From: Nitrosopumilus sp.
GTDB taxonomy: Archaea > Thermoproteota > Nitrososphaeria > Nitrososphaerales > Nitrosopumilaceae
DNA: 64,000 nt
Direction: 5' to 3'
NCBI GenBank assembly: GCA_965238275.1
Contig: OZ250186.1
Span: 1,376,001-1,440,000 of the forward strand
Shown in pieces: positions 41,143 to 53,208 of this stretch. The translations under genes were made by a program, and so were the position numbers. The number at the start of each line of letters is the position of its first letter. The first letter of the stretch is position 1. A model generated the notes under the pieces. That model had not been told where the DNA came from and made no database searches. It saw nothing but the letters and a program-made list of their open reading frames with translations.

Positions 41143-41542
41143 GCTGCCAAGACTGTCCGGGGAACCATGACGGCTTCAACGACGACTTGATACAGACGCA
41201 TCCGGAACTAATCCGAAACGTCCACAAGAGTTACCATGCTTGTCCGGTACGTTTCAAATTCCCCTGAGGCACCTTGATTTTTTTTAATAGTTGACTCATC
41301 TAACTCTAACTGAATCATGCCAGCTGTCTTTTTTGGAATAAATAAAGTAAGAGGTCACGTGTTTCCTGTTGCTGGCGTGGATTTTTTTGAATTTGGATAC
41401 TTTTCATGCCTGATATGCGCGAGGAGATGACCTCATACCACTCATGTAGGCAATGATAAAAAAATAATTCGAGTCACTAGCGTTGGGTTGGAATAATCGT
41501 ACGAATTAACCTGCATGCGTGGCGCTACTGCGGGCCGGGCAT

Positions 41543-42808
41543 TCAGGACAGGATGACTCCCACATCCATAAGGTTTGTGTGGGTGATGCCTGTCATTATG
41601 CATCCGTTGTTCCTTTGAAAGAACCCCCCCGAGTCGCTGTTTTTGAGATGCCCCTTGATGACGTCCCTGTCTGTCCTGACGTTTTCGATGATGGCTCCTG
41701 CATGGGGCGAGTTTCCGTCTATGCCGTCTGTCCCGATCGACGAGATGACGATCCTCTTTCTGCCCTGGGTGTTTTTCAGTATCCTCAAGACGATCTCCTG
41801 GGCCCTTCCACCGGTTCCCCTGCCTAGCACCTTTACTGTCGTCTCCCCGCCAAAGACAAGGCACGTCTTTGGCCTGTCAGGAATCCTCTCAAGAATTTCC
41901 TTTGTTGCCTCCTTGATACCCCCAAACACCTGAAGCACGGAGGTCTCGTATCCCATGTTCCTTGCAGTGTCCTCCATGGCCTTCAGGCAGTCCATGTTGT
42001 TTGCAATTACGTGGTTTCTCACAGCCCTCTCAGGCACTCCTGCAGGCTCCATGCCGCATCCTAGCACCTGCAGCACCTCGTCTGGCATCCTTCCCCTGAG
42101 CTTGTACCTCTCAAGGACGTCCATGGCATCTGCAGGCGTGGTCTCGTCCGGATGCGTCATGCCGGATGCAATTGACGAGATGTCGTCATCCTGCACGTCT
42201 GACATTATGAGGCCGATTCCGTGGCATCGCAGGTTCTCCACCATTTTGCCGCCCTTGATTCTTGACAGGTGCTTTCTGACGCAGTTGATCTCCTGGATCG
42301 TCGCGCCCGACTTGAGGAGCAGGTCCGTGGCACGGATCTTGTCCTCAAGGGTGATCCGGTCGGGCATGGCAAGGAGCGAGGATCCCCCGCCTGACACAAG
42401 AAAGACCACCAGCTCGTCACTGCGCCTGTTCTGGAGAAACTTCATGATCTCCTTTGCGGCCTTGACGCTTGTCTTGTCCGGTCTGGGGTGCCTGGCATTG
42501 AAGATTTGAAATTTTTTTCCGCGCACCCTTGATCTGGAGCCCTTGGGAATCACCACGATTCCGCTCTTTACGGGAATTATCGCATTAAACGCCTTGGTCA
42601 TGGCGTCAGCCGCCTTGCCAAACGCAATCACGTAGACATCAGAGTAGTCCCCTGTCATGACGGCCTCCCCGCCTGTGCTGATTACGCCAGGATTTACATG
42701 CCTTGGAATGATTCCTTCAGGCTGTGCCGCCTGAAGGCCCGCCTCCAGAATCCTCAGGCAGTCCCCCTTTCCCCTGGAGGTTGCAAGATCATCCAGATTC
42801 TGAATCAT
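41543..42808 (-). CDS. glycerate 2-kinase (MOFRL family)
   Basis: FGKAA, HPRPD, SGGGSSL, RKHLSRIKGG, GGETTV, GTDGIDG, THTNLMD. Confidence 0.9.
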   Translation of the reverse strand: MIQNLDDLATSRGKGDCLRILEAGLQAAQPEGIIPRHVNPGVISTGGEAVMTGDYSDVYVIAFGKAADAMTKAFNAIIPVKSGIVVIPKGSRSRVRGKKFQIFNARHPRPDKTSVKAAKEIMKFLQNRRSDELVVFLVSGGGSSLLAMPDRITLEDKIRATDLLLKSGATIQEINCVRKHLSRIKGGKMVENLRCHGIGLIMSDVQDDDISSIASGMTHPDETTPADAMDVLERYKLRGRMPDEVLQVLGCGMEPAGVPERAVRNHVIANNMDCLKAMEDTARNMGYETSVLQVFGGIKEATKEILERIPDRPKTCLVFGGETTVKVLGRGTGGRAQEIVLRILKNTQGRKRIVISSIGTDGIDGNSPHAGAIIENVRTDRDVIKGHLKNSDSGGFFQRNNGCIMTGITHTNLMDVGVILS

Positions 42809-42853
42809 GTAACCAGTGGAAGGTATAATAATAATAAGCAATCCCAGTGTTTC

Positions 42854-43798
42854 ATGCATACCGTGCTTGTTCCAAAGATAATCAACTTTGGCGATAATGC
42901 GCTTTCTGAGACCGAGTATCCAAAAAACGCCCTCATAGTCACGACCGTTCCTCCCGAACTCTCTGACAAGTGGCTGGCAAGAATGGGAATCCAGGACTAC
43001 ATGCTGTATGACCAGGTAAAGCCCGAACCCTCAATTGACGATGTCAATGCCGTCATATCACAGTTCAAGGACAAGAATCCGTCTGTCCTGATAGGGCTTG
43101 GCGGAGGCAGCTCCATGGATGTGGTAAAGTATGCCGCACCCGAGATGAAAAAGGAGAAGATCCTGGTTCCCACGACATTCGGGACGGGCGCAGAGATGAC
43201 TACCTACTGCGTACTCAAGTTTGACGGCAAGAAGAAGCTCTTGCATGACAACAGGTTTCTGGCAGACATGGCCGTCGTTGACTCGTATTTTATGAACGGC
43301 ACCCCCAAACAGGTCATTAAAAACTCCGTATGCGATGCATGCGCCCAGGCCACAGAGGGGTATGACAGCAAGCTTGGCAATGATCTTACCAGGACCCTGT
43401 GCAGGCAGGCATTTGACATACTCTACGATGCAATCATGAACGACAAACCCCAAAACTATCCTTACGGCTCGATGCTCTCCGGCATGGGATTTGGCAACTG
43501 CTCCACCACGCTAGGACATGCCCTGTCCTACGTCTTTTCAAACGAGGGCGTACCGCACGGCTACTCCCTTTCATCATGCACCACCGTTGCGCACAGGTAC
43601 AACAACTCCATCTTTTATGACCGGTTCAAGGAGGTCATGGACAAGCTTGGCTTTGACAGACTGGATCTCAAGGCAGACGTCTCAGAAGCTGCCGACGTTG
43701 TCATGACTGACAGGGGCCATCTGGATCCCAACCCGGTACCGGTATCCAAGGAGACTGTCGTAAAATGCCTTGTGGACATCAAGGCAGGCAACCTGTAG
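42854..43798 (+). CDS. Fe-ADH family enzyme, likely malonic semialdehyde reductase of the thaumarchaeal HP/HB cycle
   Basis: GLGGGSSMD, PTTFGTGAE, GHALSY, PHG; closely resembles my recollection of N. maritimus Nmar_1110. Confidence 0.85.
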   Translation: MHTVLVPKIINFGDNALSETEYPKNALIVTTVPPELSDKWLARMGIQDYMLYDQVKPEPSIDDVNAVISQFKDKNPSVLIGLGGGSSMDVVKYAAPEMKKEKILVPTTFGTGAEMTTYCVLKFDGKKKLLHDNRFLADMAVVDSYFMNGTPKQVIKNSVCDACAQATEGYDSKLGNDLTRTLCRQAFDILYDAIMNDKPQNYPYGSMLSGMGFGNCSTTLGHALSYVFSNEGVPHGYSLSSCTTVAHRYNNSIFYDRFKEVMDKLGFDRLDLKADVSEAADVVMTDRGHLDPNPVPVSKETVVKCLVDIKAGNL

Positions 43799-43987
43799 GT
43801 GCCATCCCTCTAGAAATAAAAAGTCTGCCTCATCATCCTTTTGCCAAACCGTGTTGGACCTGTCCCAAACGTGGCAGTTGGCGGTCTGCAGGGGCGGCAC
43901 ATCTGATTTTTTGATGCCATTGGGCAACAGGTTCTGGATTAACATCTGAGCAAACTTATTTATCCTCACGCTCCAAACCCTCTATAC

Positions 43988-45088
43988 TTGGCAGGAAGCA
44001 AGCTGAAATTTGGTATTCAAAACGGGCTCAATGTTGCGCGGGCAGGCTACACAGAGGATCAAATTCTGACTGCATGCATGCTTGCCGACAAGACCGGCTA
44101 TGACTCCATCTTTTACATGGATCACACCAACGTTCCGCAATGGAAGAAGGCGATTGTTCTGGACCCATGGGTAATGCTGTCTGCAATTGCAGCCGTAACC
44201 AACAACGTGGAGCTGGGAACGTGTGTCACTGACGCACTGCGGAGGCACCCGTCCAACATAGCGCTGGCAGCAATTACGCTTGACAGGATATCAAAGGGAC
44301 GGGCCATCCTTGGAATCGGCGCAGGCGAGGCTCAGAACCTCAAGGAGTTTTGCATTCCGTTTGAAAAGCCTGTCTCAAAGTGGGCAGAACAGATCGAGCT
44401 TATCCACACGCTGTACGAATCCACCCCTGACAACACCGTTGATTATGACGGGACCTACTACAATCTAGAGGGCGCATGCCTGCAGGCACCGCCAATCCGA
44501 AAGCCGCATCCCCCCACATACATGGCATCCGGCGGCAAACGGACGCTTGGACTTACAGGAAAGCTTGGCAACGGCTGGCTGCCCATCGGATACACGCCGG
44601 AACTCTTCGAGGATCACGCCAGCCTGATCAAAAAATCCATGGATGAAAACAACAGGACCCAGGAGGACAAGGACGACTTTGAATACGCCCTTGACATTGA
44701 CGTGTACTTTTCAGACGACGCAGAGGCGTCCTGGGCAAGGATGAAGGAGGCAGTAAAGGTGAGCCTCTTCAAGCCCGAGATCCTGAGGGTCCACGACATA
44801 CAGGACGTCGCAGGATTTGACTTTAGGAAATACTTTACCGAATACTCCATGTCCAACCAGGATTGGATAGTCAAGATGAGGGAGGCTGCAACAAAGATAC
44901 CCGACCCGGTTGCGCGCTCCTCGACTGCCGTGGGAACGCCTGACGATATCCTGCCTACCTTTGAGAGGTTCATGGATGCAGGCGTGAACCACTTTGTAAT
45001 CAGGTTCTGGGGCTCAAACTACTTTGGCTCCATCGACAAGTTTGCAAGCCACGTGATGCCTGCCCTGCGTGAAAGAGCAAGATGCTAA
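43988..45088 (+). CDS. F420-dependent LLM-class oxidoreductase
   Basis: DPWVMLSAIA, GTCVT, GRAILGIGAGE, VGTPDD. Confidence 0.88.
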   Translation: MAGSKLKFGIQNGLNVARAGYTEDQILTACMLADKTGYDSIFYMDHTNVPQWKKAIVLDPWVMLSAIAAVTNNVELGTCVTDALRRHPSNIALAAITLDRISKGRAILGIGAGEAQNLKEFCIPFEKPVSKWAEQIELIHTLYESTPDNTVDYDGTYYNLEGACLQAPPIRKPHPPTYMASGGKRTLGLTGKLGNGWLPIGYTPELFEDHASLIKKSMDENNRTQEDKDDFEYALDIDVYFSDDAEASWARMKEAVKVSLFKPEILRVHDIQDVAGFDFRKYFTEYSMSNQDWIVKMREAATKIPDPVARSSTAVGTPDDILPTFERFMDAGVNHFVIRFWGSNYFGSIDKFASHVMPALRERARC

Positions 45089-45133
45089 TAAAACAGAAAA
45101 CCTATTTTATCTCTCATACACACTAATGGTATC

Positions 45134-45355
45134 GTGGACGACGAGGATCTAAAGAAGTGCCTTGACATGCTTGATGACACTGTGGACTTTCTTGCAGACC
45201 TTGAGCTGGAACTCAAAGACGAGCAGAAAGACGAGCTGGCTGCCGATGTGGGCCTGCATGAACTGTACGACATGGCAGAAGATGTTGCAGAATCGGCAAG
45301 ACTTGGACGTGCAGAGTTTATGCTTGGCAGACGGCAGGCAGAGGAATCCCTGTGA
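45134..45355 (+). CDS. small acidic hypothetical protein
   Basis: 73-aa ORF filling the gap between genes; promoter-like AT tract upstream. Confidence 0.65.
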   Translation: MDDEDLKKCLDMLDDTVDFLADLELELKDEQKDELAADVGLHELYDMAEDVAESARLGRAEFMLGRRQAEESL

Positions 45356-45398
45356 CCGGACTCTGAATTTATTAACCAAGCCCTCCCAATGATGCTCG

Positions 45399-46031
45399 TT
45401 GCAGCTAAAGGGGATCCTGCAGATGCGCTCGCAGGAAAAGATAAGGGAGTTTCTCAACGCCGAGCACGTGGGAAGGATCTCCACTATCGACTCGGACGGA
45501 TTCCCGCAGACAATCCCGATGAACTTTGTGTACCTGAATGGCGTCGTCTACATGCACTCCCACGTGAGGGGGGAGAAGCTGGACAACATATCCAGGAATG
45601 GCAGGGCGGGATTCGAGGTGGACCGGGAGCTGGAGTTTCTTCCATCATACTTTGAGGATCCGCACGATGCCTCCCTTGCCGACACCCTGTACGTCAGCGT
45701 GGTAATCAAGGGAATGGCCTCAATCGTCACTGACCGGGAGGAAAAGACGCTTGCACTCAACGGCCTGATGGAAAAGTACCAGCCAGAGGGCAGGTACGAG
45801 CCGATCCGGCCGGAGATGGGAGTGCTGGATACAGTAAGCGTAATTAGAATATCCCCGCACACGCTGCGCGGCAAGTACAAGATCGGCCAGCAACTGCGCC
45901 CCGGCAGGCGCCTTGCGCTGGCGCAGAAGATCCTCCAAAGGGGGTCGACAACTGCGCTCAAGACTCTGGAGATAATGGGCTTTGAGGTAGTCGACGGCGA
46001 GCCCGTGATGGCCAGCGAGCCTAAATGGTAG
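45399..46031 (+). CDS. pyridoxamine 5'-phosphate oxidase / NimA-like flavoprotein
   Basis: VGRIST, IPMNF, GEKLDN, YVSVVIKG, LMEKYQP. Confidence 0.85.
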   Translation: MQLKGILQMRSQEKIREFLNAEHVGRISTIDSDGFPQTIPMNFVYLNGVVYMHSHVRGEKLDNISRNGRAGFEVDRELEFLPSYFEDPHDASLADTLYVSVVIKGMASIVTDREEKTLALNGLMEKYQPEGRYEPIRPEMGVLDTVSVIRISPHTLRGKYKIGQQLRPGRRLALAQKILQRGSTTALKTLEIMGFEVVDGEPVMASEPKW

Positions 46032-46100
46032 ATAGGGGTTTGGCCGGTTCTGCGAGTTTGGCAATAGTTAGAGATAAGTTTTGTATCCCCAGCAACATCT

Positions 46101-48056
46101 GTGTTGAGACGCGCCACCAAATTTGAGCTGGTATCAAAGTATGCGCCAGCAGGCGATCAGTCAGAGGCCATAGACTCGCTTGTCCGGGGAGTGAAGAAGA
46201 GAGCAGTCCAGACGTTGCTCGGTGTGACCGGCAGCGGCAAGACGTTTTCGATTGCCAACGTGATTGCACGGACAGGAAAAAACACCCTCATAATATCCCA
46301 CAACAAGACGCTTGCCGCGCAGCTGTACTCGGAACTCAAGCAGTTCTTTCCAAAGAACAACGTGGGATACTTTGTATCCTACTATGACTACTACCAGCCC
46401 GAAAGCTACCTTCCACAGACTGACACCTACATTGAAAAGGACACCCAGATTAACGAAGAGATAGAAAGGCTGCGCCTAGAGGCCACGGCAATGTTGTGCT
46501 CCGGGGAGCCGACAGTCATCATATCCACAGTCTCGTGCATCTACTCCCTTGGCAATCCCGATGACTGGGACGGCATGGCAGTTCGGGCGGGATCCGACGA
46601 AGAGATACGCCGAGACGACCTGATCAAGAAACTCATCGACGCAGGATACGAGCGCAACGACATCGAGATAGCCCCTGGAAACTTTCGGGTAAAGGGTGAT
46701 ACCATCGATATCGTCCCTGCATACCATGCAGATATAGTGCGGGTGTCGATGTTTGGCGACCAGATAGAGAGGCTCACGCTCCTTGACCACGTCTCCCTTG
46801 CAGAAAAGAGGCGGGTTCCGTCCGTGACCATCTTTCCTGCGCGGCACTACATTATACCCGACCACGTCCGGGACGGGGCAATCAAGACGATTCGAAATGA
46901 GCTGGAGAGTAGGTTGCCGGAGCTGCGCGAACTGGAGCGACAGCGGCTTGAGATGAGGACCAAATATGATCTCGAGATGATAGAGGAGCTGGGGTTCTGC
47001 TCTGGAATAGAAAACTACTCCCGGCACTTTGACGGCAGAGCGCCCGGGGAGAAGGCATTTTGCCTGCTGGACTTTTTCAAAGACGACTACCTCTTGGTAA
47101 TCGACGAGTCCCACGCAACCCTGCCACAGATTCACGGGATGTACAAGGGAGACTATTCCAGAAAGAGGGAGCTTGTCACGTACGGGTTCAGGCTACCCAG
47201 CGCATACGACAACCGCCCGTTAAAGTTTGAAGAGTTTGAATCATACATCAGAAACACCATCTTCGTCTCTGCCACCCCTGCAGTGTACGAGAGGGACAAC
47301 TCGTCGCAGATAGTTGAGCAGCTGGTGCGGCCCACAGGACTTGTCGACCCGCCCGTGGTGATTAGGCCCAAGGATGGACAGATAGACGACCTCATATCTG
47401 AGATCAAGAAAAGGGCTGCCGTCTCAGAGCGCGTACTCATCACCACCCTGACCAAGAGGATGGCAGAGGATCTGGCCGAACACCTCTCAAAGAGGGATAT
47501 CCGCGTCCGGTACCTGCATTCGGAGATAAAGGGGCTGGAGAGGACCGAGATCATAAGGCAGCTGCGCCTTGGAGAGTTTGACGCGCTGGTGGGAATCAAC
47601 CTTCTCCGGGAGGGCTTGGACATACCGGAAGTCTCACTGGTTGCGATATTTGACGCCGACAAGGAGGGATTCTTGCGGGGTGCTATTAGCCTGATTCAGA
47701 CGTTTGGTCGCGCTGCAAGAAACCTCAACGGTGCCGTCATAATGTATGCCGAAACCATCACGCAGTCGATGCAAAAGGCAATCGACGAGACTGACAGGCG
47801 CCGGGAAATACAGGTGCAGTACAACCAGCAGCACGACATTACCCCTACAACCATCACAAAGCCGATACCCGAAAAGGTGACTGACATTGACGACTTTAAG
47901 CTCAAGCCCTCGCACGACATCAAGGCCGACATCAAATTGCTCCGGGAGCAGATGGAGGCGTACTCCAAGGCGCTGAACTTTGAAAACGCCATCGAATGCC
48001 GGGATAGACTAAAAAGACTTGAAAAGGAACTTCAAAGCCGAGATGACAGAAAATAA
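46101..48056 (+). CDS. uvrB: excinuclease ABC subunit B
   Basis: [36 protein letters not shown]. Confidence 0.97.
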   Translation: MLRRATKFELVSKYAPAGDQSEAIDSLVRGVKKRAVQTLLGVTGSGKTFSIANVIARTGKNTLIISHNKTLAAQLYSELKQFFPKNNVGYFVSYYDYYQPESYLPQTDTYIEKDTQINEEIERLRLEATAMLCSGEPTVIISTVSCIYSLGNPDDWDGMAVRAGSDEEIRRDDLIKKLIDAGYERNDIEIAPGNFRVKGDTIDIVPAYHADIVRVSMFGDQIERLTLLDHVSLAEKRRVPSVTIFPARHYIIPDHVRDGAIKTIRNELESRLPELRELERQRLEMRTKYDLEMIEELGFCSGIENYSRHFDGRAPGEKAFCLLDFFKDDYLLVIDESHATLPQIHGMYKGDYSRKRELVTYGFRLPSAYDNRPLKFEEFESYIRNTIFVSATPAVYERDNSSQIVEQLVRPTGLVDPPVVIRPKDGQIDDLISEIKKRAAVSERVLITTLTKRMAEDLAEHLSKRDIRVRYLHSEIKGLERTEIIRQLRLGEFDALVGINLLREGLDIPEVSLVAIFDADKEGFLRGAISLIQTFGRAARNLNGAVIMYAETITQSMQKAIDETDRRREIQVQYNQQHDITPTTITKPIPEKVTDIDDFKLKPSHDIKADIKLLREQMEAYSKALNFENAIECRDRLKRLEKELQSRDDRK

Positions 48057-50898
48057 GCTGAAGGTTCGCGGAGCCAGGCACCACAACCTGAAAAACTTGG
48101 ACGTGGAGATTCCCAAAAACAGCCTGGTGGTGATCAGCGGGCTTTCCGGCTCCGGCAAGTCGACGCTTGCATTTGACACCATATATGCCGAGGGGCAAAG
48201 GCGCTACGTCGAGTCCCTTTCTGCCTACGCCCGGCAGTTTCTGGAGATGATGGACAAGCCCGACGTCGATTCCATCGAGGGCCTCTCGCCTGCAATATCC
48301 ATCCAGCAAAAGACCACCAGCAAGAACCCGCGCTCCACGGTAGGAACCACCACCGAGATTTACGACTACATGAGGCTGCTTTTTGCACGAATCGGCACCC
48401 CGCACTGCACAAACTGTGATCGGCAGATATCCAGCCAGTCAGTCGAGACCATATGCGACTCCATTTTGCGGGACTTTGCAAAAAAGAAGATTCTGGTTCT
48501 TGCGCCGCTCATCCAGAGAAAGAAGGGAACGCACGAAAAGATCTTCGAGCAGATCAAACGCGACGGCTACTCGCGCATGCGGGTGGACGGAGAGGTGCTC
48601 GGGCTTGACGAGCCGGTCTCGCTGGAAAGGCAAAAGTGGCACAGCATTGAGATTGTAGTGGACAGAATCAAAGTGACGCGCCCCGAGCGCTCCAGGCTGT
48701 TTGAGGCAGTCCAGACTGCGATAAACGCATCCAAGGGCGACGTTATCATCGCGTCTGACGGCACCGAGGCGATATTTTCACAGCGAAACGCCTGCCCGCA
48801 CTGCGGGGTCACCGTGGGGGATTTGGAACCGAGAAACTTTTCGTTCAACTCGCCTTTTGGCATGTGCAAGGCCTGCAGCGGGCTGGGGGTGAACATGGAG
48901 TTTGATCCGGACCTGGTGATTCCGGACAAGACACTCTCCCTTACCACGGGGGCGATTGCCCCGTGGAATACAAGATACTCGTCACACTACATGAGTGCAG
49001 TAGCACATCTGGCCAGCAGGCACGGCATCTCGATTAGGGCTCCGATGGAACAGCTGGACTCTGAAAGTCTTGGGATAATCCTTTACGGCTCGAATAATCA
49101 GCCCGGGAACGGGAATGGCCACGGGAGTGGTGAAGGTTACGGAGACGGCGGCAGCAGCAGTGGCGAAACCGACGGGTGGTACCCCAGCATGTCTGACGGC
49201 GTGCTCTCACACCTCAAAAGGAGTTTTGCAGGAACCGACTCTGAGGCAAAACGCCTCTGGCTCAGGCAGTTCATGATGGAGACGCTGTGCGATTCCTGCC
49301 GCGGGCGCAAGCTCAACCCCGAATCCCTCAACGTCAGGATCAACGGCAAGGGAATCATGGATGTCTGCGACCTGCCAATTGATCAGTGCCTTGACTTTTT
49401 CGGCACCATAAAACTTACCGACACCGAGGCGTACATAGCGCGCGACATCCTCAAGGAGATACGCGAGCGCCTCGAGTTTCTGCTCAACGTGGGGCTCAAC
49501 TACCTTACGCTAAACCGGTCAAGCGCCACGCTCTCCGGCGGCGAGTCCCAGCGGATACGGCTGGCAACGCAGATAGGCTCAAACCTTACCGGCGTGCTAT
49601 ACGTGCTTGACGAGCCGACCATCGGACTGCACCAGCGCGACAACCGGCGCCTGATAAAGACACTCAGCAAGCTGCGAAACCTGGGAAACACGGTAATCAT
49701 AGTGGAACACGACGAGGAGGTCATACGAAGCTCGGACTGGATAGTGGATCTGGGGCCGGGAGCCGGGGTGCACGGGGGAAGCGTCGTCTTTGAGGGCAAG
49801 ATTGAGCAGATACTTGACAGCGACACGTCCGTGACCGGCAGGTATCTTGACGGCAGGTCTTCCATAACCCTAAAGGACAGGATCCGCAACCGGTCAGGCT
49901 CCCTGGTAATCAAGAACGCATCAGAGAACAACCTCAAGGGAGTGGACGTTGAGATTCCGCTGGGGCTGTTTGTCTCAGTTACCGGCGTCTCAGGGTCAGG
50001 CAAGTCCAGCCTGGTAAACGGCATCCTGCTAAAGTCCCTGATGAAACATTTCTACAAGTCAAGCCCCAGGCCGGGCAGGCATGATGAGATAACAGGCCTG
50101 CACGACATCGACAAGGTGATTGCAATTGACCAGTCCCCAATAGGCAGGACGCCGCGCTCAAACCCGGTGACATACATCGGCGCGTTTACCCCGATAAGGG
50201 ATCTCTATGCGCACACCGAGCTCTCAAGGAGGCGCGGATACGCTCCCGGCCAGTTTTCATTTAACGTGCATGCCGGACGATGCTTTGCCTGCAGCGGAAA
50301 CGGCGTAAAGCAGATCGAGATGCAGTTCCTCTCAGACGTCTTTGTGCGGTGCAACGAATGCATGGGAAAGCGGTACAGCTCCGAGACGCTCTCCGTGCTG
50401 TACAAGGGCAAGAACATATCAGATATCCTGGGCATGACCGTGTACGAGGCGCTGCAGTTCTTTGAAAACGTGCCCCCAATCAGGAAAAAGCTCCAGACCA
50501 TATACGACGTCGGACTGGGATACATCAAGCTGGGCCAGTCCTCGACTACCCTGTCAGGCGGCGAGGCGCAGAGGGTAAAACTGGCATCGGAACTCTCCAA
50601 GACCAATACCGGCCGGACGCTGTACATACTCGACGAGCCCACGACCGGCCTGCACTTTGCAGACGTTCAAAACCTGCTAGACGTGCTCAACCGCTTGGTA
50701 AACATGGGCAATACGGCAGTGGTAATAGAGCACAACATGGATGTTATTCGGAACTCTGACTGGATAATCGATCTGGGGCCTGAAGGCGGCGACGAGGGGG
50801 GGCAGATAGTCTGCACCGGGACGCCAGACGATGTTGCACGGGCCCCGGGAAGCTATACCGGCCGATACCTCAAGAAGATGCTAAAAAATGCCCTTTGA
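48043..50898 (+). CDS. uvrA: excinuclease ABC subunit A
   Basis: two ABC cassettes ([21 protein letters not shown]) and Zn fingers. Confidence 0.97.
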   Translation: MTENKLKVRGARHHNLKNLDVEIPKNSLVVISGLSGSGKSTLAFDTIYAEGQRRYVESLSAYARQFLEMMDKPDVDSIEGLSPAISIQQKTTSKNPRSTVGTTTEIYDYMRLLFARIGTPHCTNCDRQISSQSVETICDSILRDFAKKKILVLAPLIQRKKGTHEKIFEQIKRDGYSRMRVDGEVLGLDEPVSLERQKWHSIEIVVDRIKVTRPERSRLFEAVQTAINASKGDVIIASDGTEAIFSQRNACPHCGVTVGDLEPRNFSFNSPFGMCKACSGLGVNMEFDPDLVIPDKTLSLTTGAIAPWNTRYSSHYMSAVAHLASRHGISIRAPMEQLDSESLGIILYGSNNQPGNGNGHGSGEGYGDGGSSSGETDGWYPSMSDGVLSHLKRSFAGTDSEAKRLWLRQFMMETLCDSCRGRKLNPESLNVRINGKGIMDVCDLPIDQCLDFFGTIKLTDTEAYIARDILKEIRERLEFLLNVGLNYLTLNRSSATLSGGESQRIRLATQIGSNLTGVLYVLDEPTIGLHQRDNRRLIKTLSKLRNLGNTVIIVEHDEEVIRSSDWIVDLGPGAGVHGGSVVFEGKIEQILDSDTSVTGRYLDGRSSITLKDRIRNRSGSLVIKNASENNLKGVDVEIPLGLFVSVTGVSGSGKSSLVNGILLKSLMKHFYKSSPRPGRHDEITGLHDIDKVIAIDQSPIGRTPRSNPVTYIGAFTPIRDLYAHTELSRRRGYAPGQFSFNVHAGRCFACSGNGVKQIEMQFLSDVFVRCNECMGKRYSSETLSVLYKGKNISDILGMTVYEALQFFENVPPIRKKLQTIYDVGLGYIKLGQSSTTLSGGEAQRVKLASELSKTNTGRTLYILDEPTTGLHFADVQNLLDVLNRLVNMGNTAVVIEHNMDVIRNSDWIIDLGPEGGDEGGQIVCTGTPDDVARAPGSYTGRYLKKMLKNAL

Positions 50899-52474
50899 CA
50901 TATCTGGCGTTGCAATACCCACGGATCCGGGAATCTACCTGATGAAGGACTCGGGCGGGACGACAATCTACATCGGCAAGGCAAAGAATCTCCGGAACCG
51001 CGTGAAATCCTACTTTGTAAAGAACCAAAACTACAAGACGCAAAAGCTGGTCCAGAACATATCTGCAATCGAGTTTGTCCTGACTGACAATGAAAGCGAA
51101 GCGTTCCTGCTGGAGTCCAACATGATAAAGCGGCACCGTCCGCGCTTCAACATAGAGCTAAAGGACCAGCAGAGGTACACGTACCTCCGGGTCTCTGATG
51201 AAAAATACCCCAGACTGCTGGTTGCAAGACGCACCAGGGACGGGAAATTTCTGGGCAAGGGCAAGACGTTTGGCCCGTTCACGCAGGGCAGCTCCAAGCT
51301 GCTGACCATCGGCGCGCTGCGCAAGGCGTTCCAAATCCGAATCTGCAAGACCCTCCCAAAGAAGGTGTGCCTGGAGTACCACCTGGGAAACTGCGAAGGG
51401 CCGTGCGAGTTTGAAGGCGCCCAGGAGAGGTATCCTGGGCATGTGGCAGCCCTTGAGGAGGTCCTCAAGGGAAAGGATCAGACCAGAATATTCATGGAGA
51501 AGATGCAGGCCGAGATGCTCCAGGCAGCAGAGCAGGAACACTTTGAGCGCGCAAAGGAGATACGCGACACCCTGATCAGGCTTGGAAGCCTGCAGTCCGG
51601 GCAGAAGATGGAGTATGTCAAGAACTCAGACGAGGAGTACTTTGGCATGGGAATCGAGGATGATGCCGCCACTGTCATGAACTTTAGGATGATTAACGGC
51701 GTCATCCGGGACAGCGACAAGTTCTTCTTTGACATGGTGGGCGACAACTCCCTTTCAAACTTTCTTTACCAGTACTACTCCACCCACAAGATACCCCGGT
51801 TCGTACTGCTCAGCGAACCCCTGCAGAATCGCGACCTGATGGAGTCCCTGCTGTCTGAGAAGGCAGGGTTCCGGGTACAGATACTGGTTCCGGCCAGGGG
51901 AAAGCGCAGGGAGATAATAGACCTGATTCTAAGGAACGTCCGGCTCATCCAGTCAAAGAGCGGCGAGCCGGGGCTTGCAGAGCTAAAGGAGATTCTTGAT
52001 CTTCCCACCATGCCCCGCGTGATTGAGTGCTTCGACATATCAAACCACGGCACGGACTTTGCGGTGGGCTCCATGTCAAGCTTTGTAGGCGGCAAGCCAA
52101 ACAAGTCCGGGTACCGGAAGTTTCGAATCAGGACAGTCTCTGGCAGGGACGACTTTGCGATGATTGCAGAAGTAGTCAAGAGAAGGTACCACCGGCTGCT
52201 CAAGGAGGGCTCTGATCTGCCGGATCTTGTGGTGATTGACGGCGGCAGGGGCCAGCTCAACGCGGCCCTGAACTCGCTGACGTCCCTGGGGCTCAAACTG
52301 CCGTGCATATCGCTTGCAAAGGAAAACGAGGAGGTCTATGTTCCAAGGCGGCCCAGCCCCGTGGTGATACCCCGGGAGAATCCCTCGCTGAAGATACTGC
52401 AGCATGCGCGTGACGAGACACACAGGTTCGGGGTGGCCTACAACAGGACCATCAGAAAAAACCAGATTAAATAA
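50888..52474 (+). CDS. uvrC: excinuclease ABC subunit C (no C-terminal HhH)
   Basis: PGIY...YIGKAKNLRNRV GIY-YIG, ECFDIS, PDLVVIDGGRGQ, RDETHRF. Confidence 0.95.
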   Translation: MPFDISGVAIPTDPGIYLMKDSGGTTIYIGKAKNLRNRVKSYFVKNQNYKTQKLVQNISAIEFVLTDNESEAFLLESNMIKRHRPRFNIELKDQQRYTYLRVSDEKYPRLLVARRTRDGKFLGKGKTFGPFTQGSSKLLTIGALRKAFQIRICKTLPKKVCLEYHLGNCEGPCEFEGAQERYPGHVAALEEVLKGKDQTRIFMEKMQAEMLQAAEQEHFERAKEIRDTLIRLGSLQSGQKMEYVKNSDEEYFGMGIEDDAATVMNFRMINGVIRDSDKFFFDMVGDNSLSNFLYQYYSTHKIPRFVLLSEPLQNRDLMESLLSEKAGFRVQILVPARGKRREIIDLILRNVRLIQSKSGEPGLAELKEILDLPTMPRVIECFDISNHGTDFAVGSMSSFVGGKPNKSGYRKFRIRTVSGRDDFAMIAEVVKRRYHRLLKEGSDLPDLVVIDGGRGQLNAALNSLTSLGLKLPCISLAKENEEVYVPRRPSPVVIPRENPSLKILQHARDETHRFGVAYNRTIRKNQIK

Positions 52475-52606
52475 AAAAAGAAACAATACCGTGATTTTCC
52501 ATGATGCAAAACGCATGTATGGCAGGACATCATAAATTCCTGCGCACAACAGCAGCAGCAGCACTGATATTAAAAACCATTCTGGCTGATAAATTTTATC
52601 AAATTA

Positions 52607-52700
52607 GGTTCTGTTACCTTGGCGGGGGGCAAGTTTGCGTGTTACATTTCGGGGGGGGGGAAGGTGATGAAACTTTGCTGGTACGCACGTGCCCCGACCA
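52607..52700 (+). repeat. dispersed element copy 2
   Basis: matches 35991-36110 without the triplet expansion. Confidence 0.75.
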
Positions 52701-52889
52701 GGCTCAGGCAACTGTAAGACGCACCAATAAAGAGTCAACGATTTGGTAGCCAGGCTATTCTGAACAATATCCTTTTCAAATTTTTGATAATCATGTCATC
52801 CAGCGAGCTTGTAGGATCCAATCCAGCCGCATGTGCTATCCGCCACGTGTCACCAATGTTAATAGATATGATTTAAAATCAAAACAGTC

Positions 52890-53208
52890 ATGAGAGTGTC
52901 CGTCAAGGGAACACCAGAGTTTGCGAAATTTTTTCAATCGTTGAACAAAACAGACAAGACATACAAAGAGTTAGATGTAATTTTAGAAGCGCTTGCAGAA
53001 AATCCAAGACTGGGAGACATGATAAGATTTGAATTGATTCCAAAACCGCTCAAGAAAAAAATATCCTGATCTGGACAACCTGTTGCGGGTAAGGGTAAAC
53101 AGGGATCGGCGACTACTGTATACGCTGGTAGGATGGCCACAAAACAAAACAGTGTATGTCCTGATGTCTATGTCACACAAGGAATATGACAAGTTGTTTG
53201 GATACTGA
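52890..53208 (+). pseudogene. RelE-like toxin with +1 frameshift in an A7 tract (53055-53061)
   Basis: MRVSVKG...LAENPRLGDMI..ELIPK / YPDLDNLLRVRV..DRRLLYTL...HKEYDKLFGY*; length 319 nt = 318 + 1. Confidence 0.75.
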
